A stretch of 64,000 nt of DNA from positions 5,084,001-5,148,000 of the forward strand of contig JBITNC010000002.1 in NCBI GenBank assembly GCA_050084985.1, in the 5' to 3' direction. The notes beneath the pieces are model-generated. The model was not told the origin of the DNA. It ran no database searches and saw only the letters and a list, made by a program, of their open reading frames with translations. This document shows, one piece after another, positions 53,142 to 64,000 of the stretch. The first letter of the stretch is position 1; each line of letters opens with the position of its first letter. The translations under genes were made by a program, and so were the position numbers. The stretch comes from Nageia nagi. Taxonomy: Eukaryota; Plantae; Pinophyta.

Positions 53142-56088
53142 GAGAGACTAATTCAAAGTCATGCTTCTAGTTATCATCTGAGTTAGAGAATTTTGCTCTA
53201 AAGGTGACTTAATTGAAGATATATCCAACCACTTAGGAATTTCTGATGAGGCTTTAAAGATATCATTTGAAGAAGAGCCAATAAGAACTTCATTGAACTT
53301 GACATCCCTTGAAAAAAAAACAGATTTTGCTGAAAGAGAGTAGGGCCTATACCCTCTATGATGACTATCATATCCCACAAAGATGAATTTTTTTTACTTA
53401 TTATCCAACTTCTTCCTTTTATCAAAAATTATAAAAGAAAATGCTTCACATCCAAAGACCTTTAGATGTGAGATATCAGGTTTCTTTCATGTCCATGCCT
53501 CATATGGAGTTTTCCCTTCAACTACTTTTGTGGGACACCTATTAAAGGTATAGATAGCAGTGCTCATAGTTTCACCCCATAAAAACTGAGAAAGATTACC
53601 CATCATGCATATAGCCATCTCCATTATGGTCCTATTCTTCCTTTTTGCAACACCATTTTGTTGCGTTGCGGAGTATAAAGGATAGTAAACTGCCTTTTGG
53701 TCTCATGCTTTGCACAAAAGTCGTTGAACTCATTACTTACATATTCACCCCCATTATCTGACCTTAGCATCTTGAACTTCAGATTGGTTTGATTTTCAAC
53801 TAAGGCCATGAACTCCTTGAACATATCAAAGGTTTGATTTTTATGCTCTAATAGATACCCAAAAGTCATCCTACTAAAGTTATCAATAAAAGTAAGGACA
53901 TAAGATGCACCTCCAAGAGACTTAGTTTGAAAAGGACCCATCAAATCTGAGTGAATCAATTGGAGAGGTTGAGATGCCCTAGTTGCCTTGTCTTTCTCAA
54001 ATTTTTGCCTTTTCATCTTCTCTAGGATGCAATTTTCACAAAGGCCGATGGAGGGTGAAATACAAGGCAATCCTTTCATAAGATCTTGATCCTTCATGAG
54101 TTGAATACTCTTGTGGTTTGGGTGGCCTAAACGTTGATTCCAAAGGTTGCCTTTAGAACAAACATTTGAGGCAAGGCACAACTTAGTAGGCACTTGATCA
54201 ACAATGTAAAGGTCATTTTTAACTGATCTTTTTATCAAGGTGGCAAACCCTTTCCTTAAACTCCATGAGTTCGAATTAAACTCAAAGGTATATCCTTTCC
54301 TTGCAATTTGAATAAAAGACAAAAGATTCATCCCTAACTTAGGCACAAAAAGCACATTTTCAATCACCTTCCCATGCATCAAGATGCTTCCAATCCCTAG
54401 AACTTCTAGCATAGAGTTATCACCTATTATTACCGCATCCTTCTTATGTTTGTAAAAGTTCTCAAACTTATTCCTTTCAAAGCTCATATGATTAGCGTAA
54501 CCTGAATCTCCAACCCAATCATTTGTAAAAGTATGAGACTTAGAATAAAGAGCACAAACATAAACACCTTTCTTATTCTTATTTCCTTTGAAGTTGTTCA
54601 CATTATCTTTGCCTTTGCCATTTTCCTCCCTCTTTTTCTTGAAGCAATGGTTCTTTTTGTGACTAAAGATGCCATAATAGTTACAATTTTCGTCAAATGT
54701 TTCCTTAAGCACATGAGGTTTGTTTGACTTTCCTTTGTGATCATAATGATTGTTGTCGAACTTCTTTACATTTCTCCTAGGATGAGCATGAGGGTTCTTA
54801 TGATTTCTGAACTTCTTGAAATGAGTCGACATAGTTGCACCTAAAGCAATGTTTTTCTCCTTTGGAGAAGAAATCAACACCTTCTTGCTGATGGTCTCTT
54901 CATGTTTCAAGAGAAGTCTAGAAAGATTCTCTAAAGAGAAGACTTCATCTTCATCATCAAGCCTAGTCTCAATAATAGTCACGAAGTGACTAAACTTAGT
55001 TGAGAGGCTTTGCAAGATGATGAACACTATAAATTCATCATTAATCCAATTACACCCACAATTTACAAGCTGAGTCCTGAGATCTATAATCTTATTCAAG
55101 TAGATTGCCACATCTTCATCATCCTCTTAACAAGATTGCAAGAGTTTTTAAAGTACGATGTACCTCCTTGAAAATTTAGACCCAAAGTAGATCTTCTTAA
55201 ACCTATTCCAAGCTTCTTTGGCAGATGTTGAGGTCAAAATCATGAGGAGAACTTCATCTGAAACTGCCCTAAAGATCATAGAAGTTGTCAACTCATTCTT
55301 GTTGTTATAGACCTCCAATGCATTAGCTTATGTTGGGGTAACTTGATTCTCATTTATGATTTGCCAAAGCTTGTGTGCTTGAAGTTCCGCTTTCATCCTT
55401 GGTTTTCAAATACCATAATTGGAACCATCAAGGATATGCTTAGGTGCAAAGGAATCTCCCATTTCTACAAAAGAAAGGTTAATTGATTAAAGCACAAGAA
55501 GCATCAACATACGATTTTCCAATACAATTGCAAGTAGCAAAATTATTCAACCATGTAACTAACAAACATTTAACTAACCATCAAGCATCTAACTATCATA
55601 ACAATTGCAAGTAACCAACCAATATAAACTAAACATGTTTAATATTGTTGCAATTGAAAGAAACTTGTAGAAATTTGTATTAAAGAAATTGACAAGTTGT
55701 AGGTTAGTTGCATTGTTGGGTTAGTAATTTGTAGTAAGTAAGTTGTATGTTAGTGTTAGCCGATTGTAAGTCATATTAGTGCACTTTGTTTAACCTTAAG
55801 TAGTTTGAAGGTTAGTAAGTCCTAATCTACAATTGTAGTTAACATTTGATGTTAGTGTTTGTAGTTAGTGTTGAAGTTAGTGCACATTTTACCATTGACT
55901 TAACTTAATTTGAGCATTTGTTGATTTTATAACCACAAACAAGGACAACCACACACAACAAGGGGTTAGTAGTTTCCTTAGTTTTGGGTTAGTTACATAA
56001 CAAGGCTCTAGGAACTTTACAATATGCTCAATATCAACACAAGTCTTAGCCATTTATCATAAAAAAAGGTTAATTAACACCAACTTTC

Positions 56089-56340
56089 TTAAGGAAGATT
56101 TAGTTCAAGAGAAAGAGCCATTTCCTCAAACATAAAAGCATTTAAGTCCACTGTATAGCGAGTTTGAAAATGAAGCATGCGGACTATGACTTCATTCCTT
56201 TGTCTCGCAAGGATTTTCCATTTTTGCATTTTGTCTTCATATTTTTTCTTCTTTCTTTTCTTCCAAAGCTTGTCCATCTTCTTATCAAGCATTTTCATTC
56301 TTGCAATAGGACTCTTTATTTTCTTATGCCTAGAAGACAT
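56089..56340 (-). CDS. Small Lys/Arg-rich ORF (83 aa) in the 5' leader of Copia element D
   Basis: Intact MSSRHKKIKSPIARMKMLDKKMDKLWKKRKKKKYEDK...LELNLP* between the LTR and gag, in the sense orientation. Confidence 0.4.
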   Translation of the reverse strand: MSSRHKKIKSPIARMKMLDKKMDKLWKKRKKKKYEDKMQKWKILARQRNEVIVRMLHFQTRYTVDLNAFMFEEMALSLELNLP

Positions 56341-56748
56341 CACAAACACTCCTATTTGCATTTTCAAGAACAAGGTTAGGGCAAGGAGTAAGAAAGAATA
56401 TATTTGCATATATTTAAGTACAAATTATAACAAGGATTAATTATCTTCCCCCTTTTTTAAAAAAAAAATATTAACAATCCTTCAAACTCAAGTGTGGAAA
56501 GCTTAAGGAAGGCCTTCTATTTATAGGAGAAAATCTATGCACATGGAATGTGCAACCTTATGCCCATGAAATGGCCATGAGGTTGAGTGAAGAAGAATAT
56601 TAAATTCACTAAATACTTAAAAGGAATTTATGATACTTTTAAGTATTTAAGTGAGTTTAATTAGAGAGTTACATTACGAGAAGATTTATTATTCTTTAGA
56701 TACCTTCTAAAGAATAATATTTACAATAGTGCATTATTTATTCTAACA

Positions 56749-59700
56749 CTCTGCTCATATCAAAGAGGACAATACACATCACATGAGTTTTCAATATTCT
56801 TGAAAAAGAATGGGAATTGATGGCAATTGACCACATCATACACACCACAACAAAATGGAGTTGTTGAATGATGGAATCGTAACATTGTAGAGATGGTGAG
56901 AAGCATGTTGGAGGATGCAAAGTTGCATCCCAACTTTGTGGATTGAAGTTGTGAGGACTACAGTATATTCCCAAAGAGCAACGTATGAAGTTGGAAGACA
57001 AATCTAAAGGCTACAGGCTCATGGATCCTTGATCCATAAACCTAGATGGGATAGGCTTAAGCAAAATAAGGATCACTCACACTTGGACTCCAAGTGCTTG
57101 CAAACTCTCACAAGAGAAGAGAAAATTATCAATTTATGAGGAAAATCAAAGATCGAGTAAGAAAACTTCACCAAAACACTCCTTAATTATTGATGAAGAA
57201 ATAAAAAGGTTTCACTCTCAAGAAATCTCTTACAATTTTCCATTCATCTCATAGAATACTCTAAATCTCTCATAAAATTTTCCCTATAAGTTTTCCCATA
57301 CATTGCCCACGCAATTGCACATGGCTCAAATGAGCTCCTTGGGTCCATTTTTATAGGCTCCATTGGCCTTTACAACATGTGATTTTCAATTTGGTAGGTG
57401 CTACCTCCTTTGAAAATCAAACATATCTTTTCTCATGTGTTTTGGACACCTTTGGCATTTAAAACATGAAAGAAATATACTCTCTTAAAAAACACAAAGA
57501 ACAAAAAATTAAAACTCCAAACACCTAACAATATGTCTTGGGCGAAGCAAATGGGATTTCGCCAAGTGTCAAAGGGCATTAAAAGTCTATGTGGGATGCA
57601 TCCCCATGCTTCAGATGCTCCAAAAAGCACCTCCCAATGTGCATTGAAATGTGTATGTAGGGTGAAGTGGACAACTGGATTGAAGGCCGCCATGTCATCA
57701 TAGTGGATACTTGGGCCTCCTATTTCCCCAACGTGTTTAAAAGAAAGCGGGCGCATTCTAGAAAGGAGGGGGTGGAGTTATTGGGAGGTTGCCACATGGT
57801 AGGCTGGTCCCCCCATGTGGACAACTCCACATTTGAATGTGCACCATATTTTGGGCTTGCGCATTTGCTTTACGCCAGTCACCATGCTCCATGTGAGCAT
57901 CCATGGTCTGCACACTATTTCTCTATGTTGGTTGTTGACGCAACATTGCATGCACAATGTTCATGTTGGTGTCAACCTCTATAATGACCATGTACCATGT
58001 ACTCCTTTACGTGCTCTTTATGGTGTGGATTTCTAGATCCACGTGCGCCTTATGATGCCTTTGTCCACTTCTTCCTGTGGCATGGAATGGGTCCTGCCTC
58101 GTTTTGGGTGATGACAATATTTTGTCTTTTTATTTATTTGTCTTTTTATTTCCCAACTTTGGAGGGCAATATCTTTCGCATACGGTAACGGATTTTAGTA
58201 TCATTTTTGTCGTTGGAAAGAAGAGAGAGGATTACAAGCATATGTAGAGATTACAAATTTTTGAGGATCCACTTTCGGATCAATCCTACTACTCGGAAGA
58301 TATATGAGAGCAGAAATGTTATCTTTCAGTGACCCTATCATCACTCATAATGATGAAGATATTGAGAGAGAAGTAGATCATGTTAAGTGTTTGCCACCTG
58401 ATCAATCCAGTCGACCAATTTGGTATAAGAAGACATTGCAGGATTCACATTTGAACGCTTTACTAGACACTTCTACTTCTAGAGCAAGGACACGTAACAT
58501 GGCTCAAGAGGAAGTGAACCTAGCATTAATGAGCACGATAGTGAATATTCTTGAACCTAAGACAGTTCGTAAGGCCCTTGATTTACCCCATTGGAAATCA
58601 GCCAAGAAGACTTGAGTATGATGCCTTGATGAGAAGTGGTACATGAAAGTTAGTACATCTTCCACCAAGGACGAAGGCTATTGCTGCAAGTGGGTGTTCA
58701 AGAAAAAGTGCAAAGCTCATGGAACACTCGACAAACATAAGGCCCAACTAGTTGCAAAGAGATATGCCCAAAAGGAAGACATAGATTATGAAAAGACATT
58801 TGCTCCCATAACCAAGATTACTTTTGCAATGGTTGCACAATTTGGTTGGAAGGTGCATCAGATGGGTGTGAAGAGTGCCTTCTCCAATGGAGACTTGGAG
58901 GAAGAAGTCAACATGTAGCAGCCTGAATGATTTGTTGTTGATCTAGGCAAAAGAAAAGTGTGCAGGTTGATAAAGTCTTTGTATGGCTTATATTAGGCTC
59001 CAAGACCCTACTACATAAAGATTGATGAGCACTTACTACAACATGGCTTTGTTAGGATTCCTTATCATCCTAATCTCTACCTTCAATAATATAGGAAGGA
59101 GATAGCTATTGTGGTTGTGTATGTCGATGATTTGGTCATCACGGGGAGTAATGAAGAGTTGATCCTATCTTGCAAAGATGACCTCAAGAAATCATTCAAC
59201 ATGACTAATCTTGGTTTACTTCATTATACTAAGAGTTTCATGAATGAAGCATACCAAGAGTTTGTTGGAGAAGTGTAGGATGACAAAGTACCAATCCATG
59301 CCCACACTTATTAAACCTGGTTTACATTTGTCATTTCATGATAGTTCTCCACAGGTAAATGCAACTCTGTATCATCAATTAATTGGAGGGTTAATTTAAC
59401 TTTCATATACCAGGCCAGATATTTGTTATGTTGTTAGCTATCTTTCTAGGTTTATGCACGAACCTAAGAAAGCACATTGGACATTTACTAAGCATGTGTT
59501 AGGGTATATTTATGGTACTAATAGTTATGGCTAAGAGTACAAGAAGAATGATAAGTTCTTTTTGACTGGATTCATTTATGCATAATATGGAGGATCCTTC
59601 GATGATAGAAGATCAATGATAGGATACACGCTCTTCCTTGGATCTAGACCGATTTCTTGGAGTAGCAAGAAACAAAGTATCACATCAAAATCCACTACAG

Positions 59701-60222
59701 ATTCATACTATTATGTTGTTGCAAATGTTGTTTGTGAGGCAATATGGTTACGTCGTATTTTTGCAAATATTGGAATACCACAAAGTCAACCTAGCATTCT
59801 GCACTGCAACAATTAGGGTGTACTGAAACTTATTCACAATCATATTTTTCATGAGCACACCAAACATATTGAGATACAAGTGTACTTCATTTGCGACCAT
59901 ATTTTCACTACACAACATTCAACTTCATTACATTTACACAAAAGACCAAGTTGCATATGTTTTCACTAAATCTCTTGATTGTGGAAAGTTTGATTACTTT
60001 CGAAGCTTCCTCTCATGTTTTTTGAAGTTCTAATGTATTATGGGGGGATATGTTAGAATAATAATACATTAGTGGTTAATATAAGATAGTGGTTAATTAT
60101 AGGATAGTGATTAATCATAGATATATATTATTTTTAGGAACCCTTTTCTATTTTTAGGTTTTCTCTCCTGTATTTATAATTGATTAACGAATGTAATAAA
60201 TAAAGTAAGCCTTGTATTCCAA
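56749..60222 (+). mobile_element. Element E: decayed Ty1/Copia (INT fragment, RT, RH, 3' LTR)
   Basis: INT 'TTSYTPQQNGVVE' near 56830; RT 58643-58918; RH 59616-60030; PPT TGGGGGGATA; LTR starts TGTTAGAATA at 60051, end approximate. Confidence 0.85.
57040..58290 (-). mobile_element. LTR-like insertion within element E
   Basis: ~1.25-kb non-coding block splitting the E coding region, with a TATA-like CCTATAAAAATGG on - near 57350; termini and TSD not resolved. Confidence 0.4.
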
Positions 60223-60572
60223 TTGTTCATTGATACTGTTTTGACTTTGATTCTCCGCCTACGCCTTGAAATTAAAAAAATGCTCCACAACATCACTTTA
60301 AATTTTCAAGAGGTATACCCACATCTTCCTTCAAACAACAATGAAAGTGAAAATATATTTATATTTTTTGGTTCTCTCTCTTGTATTTATACTTGATTAA
60401 GGAATGTAATAAAGTAAGCCTCTTATTCCAATCTTTCATGATAGTGTTTTGACTTTGATTCTTCACCAATGCCTTGAAATTGAAAAAATGCTCCAAGACC
60501 TCACTTTAACTTTTCAAAAGGTATACCCACATCTTGCTTCAAACATCATCAATGAAAGTGAAAATAGATTTT
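60149..60572. repeat. ~215-bp tandem duplication of the E-LTR/F-integrase junction
   Basis: 60149-60360 and 60361-60572 align along their length (e.g. TAAAGTAAGCC...TTGACTTTGATTCT...GGTATACCCACATCTT...AATGAAAGTGAAAATA). Confidence 0.85.
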
Positions 60573-63500
60573 GCACCATCCAATGAGTGTCAGCACCCAA
60601 AATACAACTCAAGTGCAATATCAACAAATTCAATTACAATCACCCTGATGTCAGGCCTAGGGCATCAAACACAACCATTCAAACCCTCAAGATAGCAACG
60701 TTAGGACTAGGGCATCCACATAAAACATTAATAACACCAAGGTGCCAACGTCTAGCCCAATTATCCAGAAAACAAAGTACACATGCTCACAATGCCAACG
60801 TTTGGCTTACACATACATAATGAGACCAACACACCACAACGTTGCATACATGAACACAATAACAATATAACATGAGATCCAAAATCCCAACAACTGTATA
60901 TAAGATGTGAAATGCTCAACAATACATTACCAAGCCCAGAAGGGCTGACGTCCTCCAAGGAGCCAACTAGGGCACAATCTGCAAGTCTCTCACTTCTGGA
61001 ACAATATCGGAACCATGGGACAGTACGCTCCCTCAAAATCTGAATCCTCTCCACCGAAGGAGCCCTCCTCAAACCCTGGATAACCACTGAAGGTAGAACA
61101 ATACCTTGGAATACCACCGAGTGGGCAAGGGCGTTGCACCATTGCCGTAGACATTCAAGATCTCTTAGCCCGAACGCCCTCCTAGATGTTGCACCTAGGG
61201 AGATTGCTTAGCACCGCTAAGACTTGTTGTCCTTTGGACGATATGAAGAGTAATAATAATCAAGCATATCCAGTAATGAAGCTCCAAGGGTTAATATAGC
61301 CTTTCCAGATCTGGATTACACCTCAATGTCATCACCCAATCCCTCTCATGCCCCAACATTGGCACCTAGAAGTCAATTCAGGCCCAACATGGGTATCTAG
61401 GCCTCCCTAATGCTCCACGTGGACCCAAGAATGCATGCGTGGGTCTAAGAGGCATGCTTGGGTACTTAGGGGGGCAACATGGGTCTCAAGGGCCAATGTG
61501 GGGGTCTAGAAGTCTCCCCAAGGCTAGTGCAAGTGTACAAATGCTCCCAACCTCAACGTTGGAGCCATTAAGTGCTCAGCTATCCACTAGATGCTAAATA
61601 GACCTTGGGATTCCCATAATCATATATTGGGATCTCCAAGTATAATAAGAACATCTAATCTAAGCTTAGGAGGGAGATGTCCCACTTGGGGCTCATAGTG
61701 GGGTCCATTGACCCATTACATCTCCTATCCTAAGTTACTAACATGAAGGTACAATACATTAATAAAATATATTACAAGAGGAACCTATCGGACCTCACAA
61801 TTAACTACAACTAGACAAGGGGGACGTCACAATGAGAGAGTACCCACAAGTCCACATAGATTGGAATGAACAAGTTTCAACAAGTCCATAACACGTTGCA
61901 CCTTGCCTTTCTTAAATGACTCCCTATGATGCCTGCCAAGTTGACATCCGTCACAAATGTTAATAGGGGGCTTAAGTGGTGATGTAAGGCCCTCCATCAT
62001 GTTCCTTGAGCTTAAGAATCTAACTGAACAAAAATGTCCCATGCAATGATGACAAATAACTTGTCTCGTCCATAGATGCAACAGTAGCTCTCCATTCTCT
62101 TGGATGATGCTCGATGAAGCTCCTATTGCAATAATATCCTTGTTTTAATCATAGATCCCTTTTCAAAGTCAAACTTCGTACCCTTCTTCATGAGACAAAA
62201 TATAAAAAGAAGATTGGCGCTAAGATTCGACACATAGAAAACATTGGTGATGTGGCCATTGGAATGCTTCACAATCCCACTTCCCTCAATATAAAGATAT
62301 TTACCATCAGCAATATGGATAGTCTCCATGGATGGGCCCTTCAAGTCAAATGACTAAAGAAGGATTTATCTCATGTCATATGATGTGAGGCTCCAAAATC
62401 CATGTACCAAGAAGAATCTTTATAAGAAGTCCTCATAATAAGATACTTACCACGTACAAGTTAAGAATGGTTCTTGCCATTAAGTTGCTCATGAAGTCCT
62501 TTGTTATCCTCCTTAAGATCCACAAGTTGCTTCTTGAAACAATATTCTTCATTATGGCCTTTACCCTTGCAAAATCCGCTTACTTGCCCCTTCTACTTTT
62601 TCTTGAGGTTCTTGTTTTCAATGTTCTTAGATTCTCCTTTGCTATTAGATGATGCACATGTGTCATTGTTAGACTGCTTGTCCTTGAAATTGTATTTTCC
62701 TTTGCCTTTGCCTTTGCCTTTGAAGTACTTGCCTTTTAATGAATCTACCTTCATAAGATGAGCTTTTCTGAAAGACTTATCTTCAATCATGGAATCTTAT
62801 TCCTCCAAATGAAAGGATTTAAGGCATTGTGAAGATCATCAATCTTCTTTGGAGTTGTCATACCAAAGAGCTTTCCATGTTTGTGAAGATTCACAATATG
62901 TTCGAAGCATGGTGGCAAAAATTGGGTAATGTGCTCAAAAAGTTTTTCTTCACTTAAAGGAGTTTTGTTACAAGACTTGATCTTGTTTTATAAAGCAATG
63001 ACCTTTTAGAAGTCTTGGAGAATTTGATCACTTTCTTCAAAACGCAAGTCCAAGAGTTGCTTCTTGTATAAGATAGTCTCGTCAAGTCATATTTGGTGAA
63101 GGTCTTTTCAAGAATCTTCCACATTTCCCAAGGGTCTTCGTCCTTTACATCAATGACTGGGTATCTCACATCAGTGTTCAAATGCAACCTCAAGAGATTC
63201 ACAATCACCGTTGTATTTTCAATACCAATTCCAATTTCCAAAACTGCTTGCTTAGATCTTATCAAGGTACTTGTCAAGCTTCTATACGACAAGGTTAATA
63301 TGCATCTCATTGGATCATTCATGAAAATTGGATTTGATGAGTTTTGCGGATATTTTGTAGTCCATGATGTCAAGAATGCAAGTGTCAAAAAGATTTTGTG
63401 TAGCAACAAAAATTGGCAAAGTCAAGGGTTTAAACTTGCTTGGCAGGGTAGTGCTCAAAGAGAGCTTTCCGACAAATATAAAATTACTGAAAGCATACTC

Positions 63501-64000
63501 CATATGTCCAAGTTATACAATTAATTAAACAAAAAACCTCTTTTGGGAAAATTAATTGATTAAAAAGCTTACGGAATATGAAATTCTAATAAAAATTTCA
63601 CCAAATTAGAAAAAAAAGGCTATTTTTCAAATTTTAGGACAAACACAAGGGAACCTTACGTAGACCTGTAACTTGAAAATTGAAAATACTCTTAAAAACC
63701 TCACCAAAATTTGAATCTCAGGTCTGTAAGTTGCTGTAAAAAGTTGGTTCCAAGAGCAAGAGAATAAAATAATTTTTTAAATATTCACTAGCAAGCAATA
63801 AGGACCATCTTGATTTGCAATTGGGTTGAAAATCTTTATGAAAAAACAATTCCTAAATCTATAAAAAAAAACTTCAAACTCACAAATTTTGTAATCCATG
63901 AGTTCAAATCATGCACCATTTAATTTATTGGAAAGCTCTAAAACAGTACTTTCCCATGACAACATCCACAAGCTTGAATTTGACACCAAGGAAGGGTTGT
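60223..64000 (-). mobile_element. Element F: decayed Ty1/Copia (gag, PR, start of INT, leader)
   Basis: PR 'WYMDFGASHHM' near 62400; INT 'LVHSNLCG' (61827-62081) continues left of the solo LTR as 'SLDGAKSIFTFIDD..KMWVYLLK'; gag-like pieces 62590-63500. Confidence 0.75.
60588..61831 (-). mobile_element. Solo LTR of the B family inserted in the integrase of Copia F
   Basis: Reverse complement of a B-type LTR (TGTGACGTCCCC... on -); perfect TSD ATGAG at 60583-60587 and 61832-61836. Confidence 0.92.

Larger units (their letters stand above)
46692..56748 (-). mobile_element. Element D: Ty1/Copia retrotransposon, 3'-truncated within RT and interrupted by the chromovirus
   Basis: 5' LTR 56469-56748 (TGTTAGAAT...GTTAATA on -) with TATA near 56520; gag ATG 55462; ORF 53624-55111 with PR 'WVGDSGYANHM' and INT 'LQLIHSDLMGP...LRSDNGGEY'; RT fragment 46692-47180. 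Confidence 0.88.

Overview
AT-rich plant nuclear DNA, probably from a large-genome seed plant such as a gymnosperm (inferred from the very long TE-filled introns and the element types). Most of the window is nested, decayed LTR retroelements. Host genes: the last four coding exons of a class-3 lipase family gene (+, 13367-21252; upstream exons lie left of the window) and, convergent with it, the main exon of chloroplast YGGT-family CCB3 (-, 24334-24882). Mobile DNA: a family of related non-autonomous Gypsy elements (A 2600-12656, B nested in A, H 34833-39087, plus solo LTRs) in which RT/RNaseH/integrase are replaced by a shared repeat-rich ORF; four Copia elements, two with extra 5' ORFs; one complete chromovirus (Reina-like) with a perfect TSD; and a rearranged endogenous caulimovirid (39088-43873). 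The viral insert reads CP-AP-RT-RH fused in frame to a florendovirus-ORF2-like domain, and has an inverted PBS/leader segment and a ~400-bp inverted duplication able to form a hairpin. All family assignments come from motif recognition by eye; no searches were run.
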